Positions 1-7,752 of a stretch of 31,612 bases of DNA are shown in pieces. Made by a program: the position numbers and the translations under genes. The notes under the pieces were generated by a model. It was not told the origin of the DNA. It ran no database searches and saw only the letters and a program-made list of their open reading frames with translations. Every line of letters starts with the position of its first letter. The first letter of the stretch is position 1. Where the stretch lies: the NCBI GenBank assembly GCA_041697335.1, contig JBGUGD010000027.1, forward strand, positions 1 to 31,612, written 5' to 3'. The stretch is from Vampirovibrionaceae bacterium NZW_1234. GTDB taxonomy: Bacteria > Cyanobacteriota > Vampirovibrionia > Vampirovibrionales > JAGQHJ01.

Positions 1-39
1 GGTGTTGGTGATGCTTTGCTTCATGGTGGGGTGTTTCTC

Positions 40-59
40 GTAAGTGCATGGTAAGTGCA
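40..59 (+). repeat. GTAAGTGCA x2 with 11-bp period, candidate integrase arm-type sites
   Basis: Exact 9-mer at 40-48 and 51-59, about 130 bp inside the att fragment at 186. Confidence 0.45.
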
Positions 60-185
60 AGTTGTATGAAAGCTAGTGTAACACCTTGAACAATGAGCAA
101 TCAAGTTAAGTTTAGTTTTTGTTGATACGGCTTACTTTTTAATGCTTTACTATTCATGCTCGTTTTTTAATTTCCATTATAAAAA

Positions 186-234
186 GCCCCTGATAAGGGT
201 GAGGTCCGGTGTTCGAGTCACCGATGGCCCACCA
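186..234 (+). pseudogene. 3' half of tRNA-Ile(GAT) (att-site remnant)
   Basis: GCCC-CTGATAA-GGGTG anticodon arm, GAGGTC variable region, perfect T-arm CGGTG-TTCGAGT-CACCG, acceptor 3' strand ATGGCCC-ACCA. The upstream DNA is AT-rich and has no D-arm or 5' acceptor strand. Confidence 0.9.
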
Positions 235-255
235 TCTTCCAGGATTTTGACAACT
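211..255 (+). repeat. 45-bp direct repeat, copy 1 (tRNA-Ile T-loop to 21 nt past CCA)
   Basis: GTTCGAGTCACCGATGGCCCACCATCTTCCAGGATTTTGACAACT; 44/45 identical to 1118-1162. Confidence 0.95.
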
Positions 256-347
256 TCACAAGAACATCCCGATCTGGGAAGTTGCCTGCCCTTGCAAAAG
301 CGAGAAAAGTTATACTTAAAATAGCAGTTGCAGAATAGTTTCCCAGA

Positions 348-482
348 TCATAATGGGTTCTGGGCCAGGACTAGGCCTTGAGGGTTTTGCTCATAGCTGG
401 GATAAATACTAGGTAGGGGCTGTTTTATGGGCACAAGTTCGTTTGTTCCTGAGCCTTTGGGGCCAACGATGCTGTTGGGCAT
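348..482 (-). CDS. 44-aa micro-protein, paralog of 607..846 (absent from the ORF track)
   Basis: Hand translation MPNSIVGPKGSGTNELVPIKQPLPSIYPSYEQNPQGLVLAQNPL*. It shares MPxxIxGPKGSGTNxxVPxxxPxP with the neighbouring ORF; purine-rich upstream. Confidence 0.7.
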   Translation of the reverse strand: MPNSIVGPKGSGTNELVPIKQPLPSIYPSYEQNPQGLVLAQNPL

Positions 483-606
483 AGCTTCTCGTTTATTTCT
501 CTCTCTCTTTGCTAACTTCTCTTTAAATCACTCGTTAAAGACCGTTCTCCTTTAACAGAGACTCTTCGTTGGTAATTCGGGGTGTTGGCGGCCTTTACTG
601 AGGCCC

Positions 607-846
607 TTAAAATAGCCCAATATCTTTCATTGACATCGAAGTTCCCGCCGCAGGCTTTAGACTCGGCTGTAAAGGCTTATAGGGCTGTTCACTCCCCGGC
701 CACATCGTCCCTGTCGAGGCGGGCAGAGGCCTGCTTGGGAGATTGAAAGGATCATTGGAAAATCTAATAGTGTAAGGTACTGGCTCCTCGACGGGCACAT
801 AAGCATTGGTTCCTGACCCTTTCGGGCCAATGATAGTAATGGGCAT
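607..846 (-). CDS. 79-aa Pro-rich small protein
   Basis: GAGGAGAGAGGAAGAGG upstream of the ATG; N-terminus conserved with 348..482. Confidence 0.75.
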   Translation of the reverse strand: MPITIIGPKGSGTNAYVPVEEPVPYTIRFSNDPFNLPSRPLPASTGTMWPGSEQPYKPLQPSLKPAAGTSMSMKDIGLF

Positions 847-1117
847 AAACTTTAACTTCCTCTTCCTCTCTCCTCACTTGAACGGGCCAAATGCTCCGTT
901 ATTCAAATAAAAACATGTAGACTAGGAAAATTGCCTTTTAAAGCTGGGAGTGGAGCGGGAGGTATCTTAGAGGCCGATTTAGATACGAAAAGGGCAATAA
1001 AAAGAAGCCAATATGAGCGTTACTCCTTCTGCTGTCAGTCTCTATTACTGCGTAAGCTAGCAGCGTTATCCCTAGCCAGCCTGGTGATAAAGGCAAGTAC
1101 TAACTTACTTAAGTGTG

Positions 1118-1162
1118 GTTCGAGTCACCGATGGCCCACCATCTTCGAGGATTTTGACAACT
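1118..1162 (+). repeat. 45-bp direct repeat, copy 2 (attR-like tRNA-Ile 3' fragment)
   Basis: GTTCGAGTCACCGATGGCCCACCATCTTCGAGGATTTTGACAACT; one C/G mismatch to copy 1. Confidence 0.95.
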
Positions 1163-1285
1163 CAACTTGTTTTGCGTTTTAAAGCGCAAGTCAGTGGCGG
1201 CGCTCTATTCTGGGTGATTAACTCAAGCACCGCGATCCTTGAAGCTTGGCCCAAGAGTGCCCTTTGCCTGGGGCGGGGGTAAACG

Positions 1286-2731
1286 CTAGTTTAATTGGCG
1301 CAAGGCCGTTTTTGCCTCGGCATAGCCTTGCTCTGCCGAGCGGGTGAGCCAACGATTGGCTTGATCCGAATCGGCATCGACTCCCATGCCCATTAAGTAT
1401 TGGCTTCCCACAAGATACTGGGCATAAGGGTGTCCTTGTTCCGCTGCTTTTAGAAACCACGTGTGAGCCAAGGACTCACTGTTATTTGCCTGAAGCTCGC
1501 CCTGGGAATACAGTCTGCCCAAATAAATCTGGGCTTCCGGATGTCCGGATTGAGCAGCCGACTCCAGCCACTTGATTCTGGAATGCTGAATGTCGCCAGG
1601 CGAGTTTTCAACACCCAAGTAGCCGAGCAGATACTGACTTTCAATATCACCTGACTCTGCTTGTGTTAGAAGCCACTGCCAGAACTCCCGGTGTTTAGTG
1701 TCCAGAGTGGACTCCAGAACAAAGTTCTCAGCCAGCATCGACTGTCCAATGGTATCATCCACTTGTGCCTTGGCCGCTTTGATTGCCCAATGACGGGCTT
1801 GGGTAAAATCCTGAGACACCACGGAGCCGTCCATATAAATCAGGGCCAGATGATCCATGGCCTTGGTGGAGCCTTTCCCAACGGCTCGCTCCAGCCAGGG
1901 GATAACTAAATCCTGTCGCTGTTCAACGCCTTGCCCGTTCAAATACCAAAACGCAACTGTCACCTGTGCTTCTGGAATATCCTGCTCGGCGGCCTTCAAA
2001 TACCATTTGAACGCCTCTTCCATATTTAACTCGACGCCGTTGCCGTAATTGTACATCTCGGCCAACGCCAGTTGTGCCTGGGCATAGCCCTGCTCAGCGG
2101 CTTTTTGATACCATTTGGCCGCCCCGGCAGAATCTGCCTCACCCATCATAAATTTGTCGAGCATCCACCCCATCCGGTACTGGGCGGGAGCATAGCCCAA
2201 ATCCGCCGCTGTACGAAATTCCTTCAAGGCGAGTGTATCGTTATCCGGGCTTCTTTCCTGATTGAGATAGGCCATTCCAGCCCAATAGGCTGATTTTGCC
2301 TTAGACAGGCTCTGCTCACAGACCACCGGATAGGTTAGAGCCGCATCGCTCATTTCCTCATAGATGGGCATCGCCTCCCCTTCGCTCTGGTTGATCGTCT
2401 TCACCAACTGTCCTGAAGCATCAAAATAACGGGTCGCTTTGGTCTGAATGGTTTGGTCTTCACAGGAAACCACGAATTGAGAATGAATTTCACGGGCCAT
2501 CTCATCTGCCACGCTACCATCCGGAGCAATGATAGGTCTTGCGAGTTCGTACACATAGCGTGCTTGGAATTGAACGCGATTGCCTTGCTTCTGAAGGCTC
2601 TGTGAGTCAAGAAAATACCGATACTCATCAGGTACATGTCTGAGCTCTTGCCAAGTTTCAGCATAAGCATCGTTGCAAAGAGTTAAGCTGACTGCCATCA
2701 ATAGGGTCGAAAAACAAATTTTTATCCGCAT
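1286..2731 (-). CDS. exported SEL1-like repeat protein with an N-terminal adhesin-E-like domain
   Basis: Signal peptide MRIKICFSTLLMAVSLTLCNDAYA; many 'W..KAAEQG...AQ..LG..Y..G.GV' repeats. Likely start 2731 (the ORF extends to 2788). Confidence 0.9.
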   Translation of the reverse strand: MRIKICFSTLLMAVSLTLCNDAYAETWQELRHVPDEYRYFLDSQSLQKQGNRVQFQARYVYELARPIIAPDGSVADEMAREIHSQFVVSCEDQTIQTKATRYFDASGQLVKTINQSEGEAMPIYEEMSDAALTYPVVCEQSLSKAKSAYWAGMAYLNQERSPDNDTLALKEFRTAADLGYAPAQYRMGWMLDKFMMGEADSAGAAKWYQKAAEQGYAQAQLALAEMYNYGNGVELNMEEAFKWYLKAAEQDIPEAQVTVAFWYLNGQGVEQRQDLVIPWLERAVGKGSTKAMDHLALIYMDGSVVSQDFTQARHWAIKAAKAQVDDTIGQSMLAENFVLESTLDTKHREFWQWLLTQAESGDIESQYLLGYLGVENSPGDIQHSRIKWLESAAQSGHPEAQIYLGRLYSQGELQANNSESLAHTWFLKAAEQGHPYAQYLVGSQYLMGMGVDADSDQANRWLTRSAEQGYAEAKTALRQLN

Positions 2732-2849
2732 GAATTGAATCCACTCACAATTTGAACTGTCACAGCATCCAAGAGCATTGTCCTTCATCTTAGCTGAAGC
2801 TGCCCATGGGTTAAAAGCAATTGTTAAGACCCAAGACGATTCAGTAGGA

Positions 2850-3434
2850 TTATGCAGGGTTCCAGGCGGATTTTGAGAGCCGATAGAGAACGTGTGGGCG
2901 AAGCGGATGTCCCTCGGGCAGACTGGGGTGATTAAAATCGTCGTGGGGACTATGCGTCATGCCCAACCGCTGCATGACGTCCCGCGAGCGCGTGTTCATC
3001 GGGACCGTAAACGACACAATTTCAGACAAACCACATCTGGTAAATCCGTACTCTAAAACAGCCTTTGCCGCTTCGGTAGCATACCCTTGCCCCCAATATG
3101 GGCGGGCCAATCGCCAGCCAATCTCGACACACGGGGTAAATGGTGCTTGAAAACCTGGGATCAGTAATCCCACAAAGCCCATGAAATGACCGGTATCTAT
3201 CTGTTCCACGGCCCAAAGCCCGAATCCATGGCGATCAAAATGGGCCTCAATGCGCTGAATCAGCGCGTTGCTCTCGTCAGGTGTCAAGCATTTCGGCAGA
3301 TAGGCCATCACTTCGGGATCGGCATTCATGGCGGAAAATGGCACCAGATCCGACTCTTGCCATCGCCGGAGGGTTAAACGAGACGTATAAATATGAGGCT
3401 TCAAGGATTCAGACATCCAGAATTCACCCGGCAT
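2850..3434 (-). CDS. GNAT acetyltransferase, RimJ/RimL family
   Basis: TSRLTLRRW, VEIGWRLARPYWGQGYATEAA, NTRSRDVMQRLGM motifs; start may be 3416. Confidence 0.93.
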   Translation of the reverse strand: MPGEFWMSESLKPHIYTSRLTLRRWQESDLVPFSAMNADPEVMAYLPKCLTPDESNALIQRIEAHFDRHGFGLWAVEQIDTGHFMGFVGLLIPGFQAPFTPCVEIGWRLARPYWGQGYATEAAKAVLEYGFTRCGLSEIVSFTVPMNTRSRDVMQRLGMTHSPHDDFNHPSLPEGHPLRPHVLYRLSKSAWNPA

Positions 3435-3450
3435 GTAATTCTTCCGGGTG

Positions 3451-3459
3451 ATTATACCA
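3451..3459 (-). promoter_or_regulatory. extended -10 promoter for the GNAT gene
   Basis: TG-G-TATAAT on the minus strand just upstream of the gene. Confidence 0.55.
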
Positions 3460-3478
3460 GAAGCAGAACATCCTCGTC

Positions 3479-3949
3479 TTATTCAGCCGTTTGCGGTCTA
3501 GGTGGCGGGACTTGGCTGAAGCCCCCGTCACGATAGAAATTGCTCCCGCTCCAGGCATTGTAGCCGTCGTTATAGTTTCGAAAGCGATCGGGGGTCACAG
3601 GCCTTTGAGGATAGTCATACCGGGGTCGTCCGTACCCGTACAGAGGCAGTCCGACACCCATTCCTACAAACGACCCGCTTCCACCGTAATAGGGGTAGCG
3701 TCCACTGCCATAGCCTACGCCTATCCCTGGTCCCCAGCCACCATAAGGATAGCCCCAGCCTCCGCCCCACCCTGTGCCAATGCCAATGCCAATGGCTCCT
3801 TGGGCATTGGCCAATGGCATATTGAGCAGCAGGACCAGAGAAAACACGAAGGCAAATGACATAGCAAGCCTGGATTTGATATGGTTCAGCATCTGCTCGA
3901 ACTCCTCATTTCTCATTTCAGCCATAGTTTTGGCTGTTGATGGTAACAC
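3479..3949 (-). CDS. Gly/Tyr-rich exported hypothetical protein
   Basis: Hydrophobic signal-like segment ending PLANA, then GIGIG/GWG/GYG-rich tract; start uncertain (3925 or later). Confidence 0.8.
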   Translation of the reverse strand: MLPSTAKTMAEMRNEEFEQMLNHIKSRLAMSFAFVFSLVLLLNMPLANAQGAIGIGIGTGWGGGWGYPYGGWGPGIGVGYGSGRYPYYGGSGSFVGMGVGLPLYGYGRPRYDYPQRPVTPDRFRNYNDGYNAWSGSNFYRDGGFSQVPPPRPQTAE

Positions 3950-4081
3950 CCTTCACCAGCATTAGACCTCGTGACTGTCTAAACGACTAAGGGCCAATCG
4001 GGGGATTTCAGATCACTCCCCCAAGGCTTTTCTGTCCAGATCGAAGTCCCCAGATAAACGCTTCTGGTTTGTCACACCGGT

Positions 4082-4555
4082 TTGATCTATCCTGGAAACA
4101 TGAGCCCGACACTTTATATGATATTTATTGCGATGGCCTTTATTGCCGGCAGCTTTTTTCCCACCCAGGCTGGTGTGAATGCTCAACTGGCGCGGGTGGT
4201 GGGGAGTCCGGTCCTGGCCACGTTCTATTCATTCTTTGTGGGCCTGGCCAGCCTTGGCCTATTTGTCTTTTTCAGCCGGACCCAATGGCCTTCCTGGTCT
4301 CAGCTAGGCCAGGTATCTCCCTGGATGTGGACAGGGGGGGTAATTGGCGCATTTGGGGTAGGGACTATCGTCTTTTTAGCTCCGCGTCTCGGGGCCGGAA
4401 CGTTGATGTCATGGCTTCTGGCGGGACAATTGATTTCATCCATCCTGTTTGACCATTACGGCTGGCTCGGATTCCAACAACATCCGGCATCCCTGTTGCG
4501 CTTAGTGGGCTTGGTCATGATGATTCTTGGGGTATTTTTCATTCAGCGCTTCTGA
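4082..4555 (+). CDS. DMT-superfamily small transporter (YdcZ/DUF606 type)
   Basis: QAGVNAQL, PWMWTGGVIGA, GQLISSILFDHYGWLG motifs; about 5 TM segments. Confidence 0.92.
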   Translation: MIYPGNMSPTLYMIFIAMAFIAGSFFPTQAGVNAQLARVVGSPVLATFYSFFVGLASLGLFVFFSRTQWPSWSQLGQVSPWMWTGGVIGAFGVGTIVFLAPRLGAGTLMSWLLAGQLISSILFDHYGWLGFQQHPASLLRLVGLVMMILGVFFIQRF

Positions 4556-4706
4556 TTTTTCCTTGCCTGTCGCCCTGTTTGGTTGCTGCCATGAGGTAAT
4601 AAAAACCATTAGGCAAAGGGCTAATGCTGTTTCTCCAATTTAAAAGCAAGATACTCACCAAGCAGGAATCCCTTGGACCTGACTGAAACAGAGACATCGT
4701 TAAACA

Positions 4707-5213
4707 TTGGAGAACATGCCCATGGATATGCCACTGTATGCAAAAGACATTATGAGCACCCACGTCGTGACGTTACACGAGGAGATGTTGTGTAGCGAGG
4801 CATTGAACGTATTCATGCTGAATAAATTCACGGGGGCTCCTGTCATCAATCAGGATGGCCGTATTGTAGGTGTGGTGAGCTTAACCGATTTACTGGAATC
4901 AAATATTCACGCCCCTTTTGGTGTGGACTTTTTTACCCATGGGCTGGTGGAATATATGGAAAAAAATATCCAAACCGCAGTTCAAAGTCGCCCCGGCAAA
5001 GTCAAAAACTATGTCAGCCAAAATCTCTATACGGCCTCACCCGAAACACCGGTGAATGAACTTGCTGCACTCATGTACCGACGACAGATTCATCGGCTGA
5101 TTATTGTGGACACACAAAGCAACGAACTGAAAGGCCTCGTCACAACCTTTGATTTAATTAAAGTTCTTGCCACCGTGGATTTAACAGCACAATTGGCTGC
5201 AACCGGCACATAA
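4707..5213 (+). CDS. CBS-domain pair protein
   Basis: AKDIMS...GAPVINQDGRIVGVVSLTDLL and IHRLIIVD...GLVTTFDLI; start may be ATG 4716 or 4722 after GGAG. Confidence 0.92.
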   Translation: MENMPMDMPLYAKDIMSTHVVTLHEEMLCSEALNVFMLNKFTGAPVINQDGRIVGVVSLTDLLESNIHAPFGVDFFTHGLVEYMEKNIQTAVQSRPGKVKNYVSQNLYTASPETPVNELAALMYRRQIHRLIIVDTQSNELKGLVTTFDLIKVLATVDLTAQLAATGT

Positions 5214-5227
5214 ATTCCGCACGTAAA

Positions 5228-5281
5228 AAACCGATTGAAGCGCTCACTTCAAAACCTTGGGGTGAGCGTTTCAATCGGTTT
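5228..5281 (+). terminator. long 25-bp hairpin after the CBS gene (terminator or stabilising stem)
   Basis: AAACCGATTGAAGCGCTCACTTCAA-aacc-TTGGGGTGAGCGTTTCAATCGGTTT; 22 Watson-Crick and 3 G.U pairs on the + strand. Confidence 0.7.
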
Positions 5282-5427
5282 CAACGGTTCTGGGCTAAAG
5301 GAGGTATTACCCGGATGGACAACCGGGGACCTAGCTAAATGTGGCGTCCTGATGCCCATGTAGCTCACTACAATAACAGTATCATCAGAGAACGTACCCT
5401 TAATAAAATCAGTAAAGGACGTGCCCC

Positions 5428-5814
5428 ATGACCCAGTACCATGCCGTTGTTTGGCTTGATCACAGCGAAGCTCGTGTATTTCATATCAATGCCGAGTCCG
5501 TGGAAAAAACGAAGATCCTCGCTTCCAATCCCCATCCCCGATTACACCGCAAAGGGGGCGTTGTCGGCTCGGGACGCCTCAATGAAGATCCGAACTTCTT
5601 CAAACAGATTATGAACGCCCTCCAAGGTGCGCAGGAAATACTTCTAATCGGGCCGGCCTTTGCCAAAATTGAATTTTTAAAATATGTGCAAAAACATAAC
5701 ACCGCCCTTTCAAAATGCATTACCGGTTGTAAAAACTTGGATCATGTCTCTGATCAAACCATCGTGGATTCCGCCCGGGTGTATTTCAAGGCGTTGGATA
5801 GAATGATCGGCTAA
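5428..5814 (+). CDS. eRF1-middle-domain-like small protein ('translational machinery protein'/baeRF-related)
   Basis: HAVVWLDHSEARVF, FFKQIMNALQGAQEILLIGPAFAK, DHVSDQTIV motifs; AAGGA RBS. Confidence 0.75.
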   Translation: MTQYHAVVWLDHSEARVFHINAESVEKTKILASNPHPRLHRKGGVVGSGRLNEDPNFFKQIMNALQGAQEILLIGPAFAKIEFLKYVQKHNTALSKCITGCKNLDHVSDQTIVDSARVYFKALDRMIG

Positions 5815-5979
5815 ACACCGACCGGTCCGGGTCTAATCGGACGGCCTCACGTTTGCTCCAATGGGTAATACACCAAGGAGGAATTTAAACCCACCTCAAG
5901 CGTGCCAAACTAGACATAGATAACAGAACACGTGCTGTTCAGCGATGTAAAACCCTAACTGGAGGAACCATATAAGCCG

Positions 5980-6435
5980 ATGAAAATTTTATTGCCTGTC
6001 GACGAATCCCAAGCCTGTAAGAATACCCTGCAATGGGCCGCTTCATTTCTAGATTCGAAGAGTGCCGAACTTTATTTAGTCCATGCCATTGAACTGGCAC
6101 TGGGTGTCCCCATGGTGGATATTGATTTTAAAGAAGCACAAGCGATCCTGGATACGGCTCGTCAGACATTAGAGGCACGTGGATTCAAAGTCGTAAAAGC
6201 CAATTATGTGGTTGGCTCGGCCACCGAATCAATCTGCCAGTTTGCCAATGACGAGCAGGTCGATCAAATTATTATTGGTTCCCATAGTCGCAATACCCTG
6301 GCCAAAGCATTTATGGGCAGCATCAGCGAAGGGGTCTTTAAGCGGGCCAAACAACCGGTGCTGATTTACCGCAACCAGGGCACGCCCTCTATTGAGATGA
6401 GCCACCTGGAGCAGGTCGCCTTATCTGAACGCTAG
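5980..6435 (+). CDS. universal stress protein (UspA family)
   Basis: MKILLPVDES, DQIIIGSHSR...FMGSISEGVFKRAKQPVLI; GGAGG RBS. Confidence 0.95.
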   Translation: MKILLPVDESQACKNTLQWAASFLDSKSAELYLVHAIELALGVPMVDIDFKEAQAILDTARQTLEARGFKVVKANYVVGSATESICQFANDEQVDQIIIGSHSRNTLAKAFMGSISEGVFKRAKQPVLIYRNQGTPSIEMSHLEQVALSER

Positions 6436-6481
6436 GTTTACTCTCAAAATTGCTCCAGAAACGAATCATAATCGAAGGTAA

Positions 6482-6519
6482 AAAACCCCCTTTGTTCCAA
6501 CAGGTTCAAAGGGGGTTTT
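6482..6519. terminator. bidirectional intrinsic terminator between the convergent USP and CBS genes
   Basis: AAAACCCCCTTTG-N12-CAAAGGGGGTTTT. Confidence 0.8.
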
Positions 6520-6566
6520 GGTTTGCATGAAAAAGGAGCAACTCATTCACGCATAAATACTATGGC

Positions 6567-6953
6567 TTACCGGGCAACGGGAATCAAGCCGGAAGCCAAC
6601 AAATCCAGCAAGTCGGAAATCGTGACAATGCCTACCAGTTCCCCGTTGTTGATAATGGGCAGACACCCAATTCCATAGCCTTTCAGAAGGTTGGCAGCCA
6701 ACTTCACGGTCATTTCGGGAGAGGCGGTTACAATGTCTCGAACCATCAAGTCCCCGACGGTATGCCCTTCACAAACTGTGCTGCCATTGGGGCCCCCCAG
6801 ATCACGCTCCGAAATGATGCCGATGATCTCACTGCCTCGCTTGACCACCAAATGATGAATTCCTTCCAGATTCATCAGATGCCAAGCCTGCTCGGCCAGC
6901 ATGTCATCGGTTACTGTTTTTACCTGGGTTGTCATAATGTCATTCAGTTTCAT
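6567..6953 (-). CDS. CBS-domain pair protein
   Basis: DIMT...IHHLVVK...IIGIISERDL and IGCLPII.NGELVGIVTISDLL. Confidence 0.95.
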   Translation of the reverse strand: MKLNDIMTTQVKTVTDDMLAEQAWHLMNLEGIHHLVVKRGSEIIGIISERDLGGPNGSTVCEGHTVGDLMVRDIVTASPEMTVKLAANLLKGYGIGCLPIINNGELVGIVTISDLLDLLASGLIPVAR

Positions 6954-7048
6954 GGGGCTGAGGTCCTTTCTCGGGTAAGATTAGGGCATTTTATTTCCAG
7001 CATAGCGTTCCCATCGCATAGTCAAATTCACTAAAGGGAGAACGCACC

Positions 7049-7068
7049 GATTACCCAAAAAGGTAATC
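7049..7068. promoter_or_regulatory. inverted repeat GATTACC-N6-GGTAATC between the divergent CBS and Hsp20 genes
   Basis: Perfect 7-bp arms; the half-site recurs upstream of other cluster genes (4595, 5303, 5864). Confidence 0.55.
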
Positions 7069-7180
7069 AACTATTGTGGAATTTTGACATGCCTGGGGTA
7101 TGGCACAGTATCGGTATTGAAAGCGGTTGCATAACCAACCCAAGATTGATTCTTATTCAACGAACACGAGGAGAAAAAAG

Positions 7181-7654
7181 ATGGCTCGACTCATTCGTCC
7201 GTTAAACGATATGCGCCAAGAACTGGATCGTCTGTTTAACGAATTTCATGAAGAATTGACGCTGCCTGCCCGCTTTAATTTGGAATGGCCCACACCACGC
7301 ATGGAGAAAGCCTGGTTACCTGCGATTGAGTTAACCGAAACTGAGTCCCAATACCAGATCAAAGCCGAAGTCCCCGGCATTAAGCCCGAAGATCTGCATG
7401 TTGAGGTCATGGGCAATACCGTCATCATCAAGGGCGAATCCCGAGAAGAGTGTAACGAAGGCGATGATCAGAAAAATATTTATCGTAGCGAAATCCGCTA
7501 TGGCCAGTTTTACCGCCAAGTGCCCTTGCCTTCCAAAGTCCGGGCTGAAGCCTGCAAAGCAGAATTTCAACATGGCATGTTGACGTTAACGCTTCCCAAA
7601 CAGGACGAAGATCAGCAACAGCGCATTAAACTCGAGATAGCTTCAAAATCATAA
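7181..7654 (+). CDS. Hsp20/alpha-crystallin small heat-shock protein
   Basis: WLPAIELTET, AEVPGIKPEDLHV, EIRYGQFYRQVPLP, AEFQHGMLTLTLPK; GAGGAG RBS supports ATG 7181. Confidence 0.96.
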   Translation: MARLIRPLNDMRQELDRLFNEFHEELTLPARFNLEWPTPRMEKAWLPAIELTETESQYQIKAEVPGIKPEDLHVEVMGNTVIIKGESREECNEGDDQKNIYRSEIRYGQFYRQVPLPSKVRAEACKAEFQHGMLTLTLPKQDEDQQQRIKLEIASKS

Positions 7655-7679
7655 TGTGTCCCATACGATACACGCAAAC

Positions 7680-7711
7680 AAAGGCGCCTCACCCGGCGCC
7701 TTTTCTTTTTT
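7680..7711 (+). terminator. intrinsic terminator of the Hsp20 gene
   Basis: AAAGGCGCC-tcaccc-GGCGCCTTT followed by TCTTTTTT. Confidence 0.88.
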
Positions 7712-7736
7712 AGCACCGTTTGCGTTGGCAGGTTCT

Positions 7737-7745
7737 TGTTACAAT
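7737..7745 (+). promoter_or_regulatory. extended -10 promoter, probably giving a leaderless mRNA
   Basis: TG-T-TACAAT ends 7 nt before ATG 7753; no Shine-Dalgarno sequence. Confidence 0.6.
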
Positions 7746-7752
7746 AGTACCT

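Larger units (their letters stand above)
211..1162. mobile_element. small tRNA-Ile-integrated island or remnant, no integrase
   Basis: Bounded by 45-bp direct repeats of the tRNA 3' end; contains only two short paralogous ORFs. Confidence 0.7.

Noticed and set aside
160..234. Intact tRNA-Ile gene
   Set aside because: No 5' acceptor strand or D-arm upstream of 186; only the 3' half is present.
142..324. ORF 142..324, and ORF 931..1182 with its similar ending
   Set aside because: Both read through the tRNA-derived repeats and lack a recognisable RBS or protein-like pattern; likely spurious.
211..1162. CRISPR array
   Set aside because: Only two copies about 900 bp apart, tRNA-derived, with no cas genes in the window.
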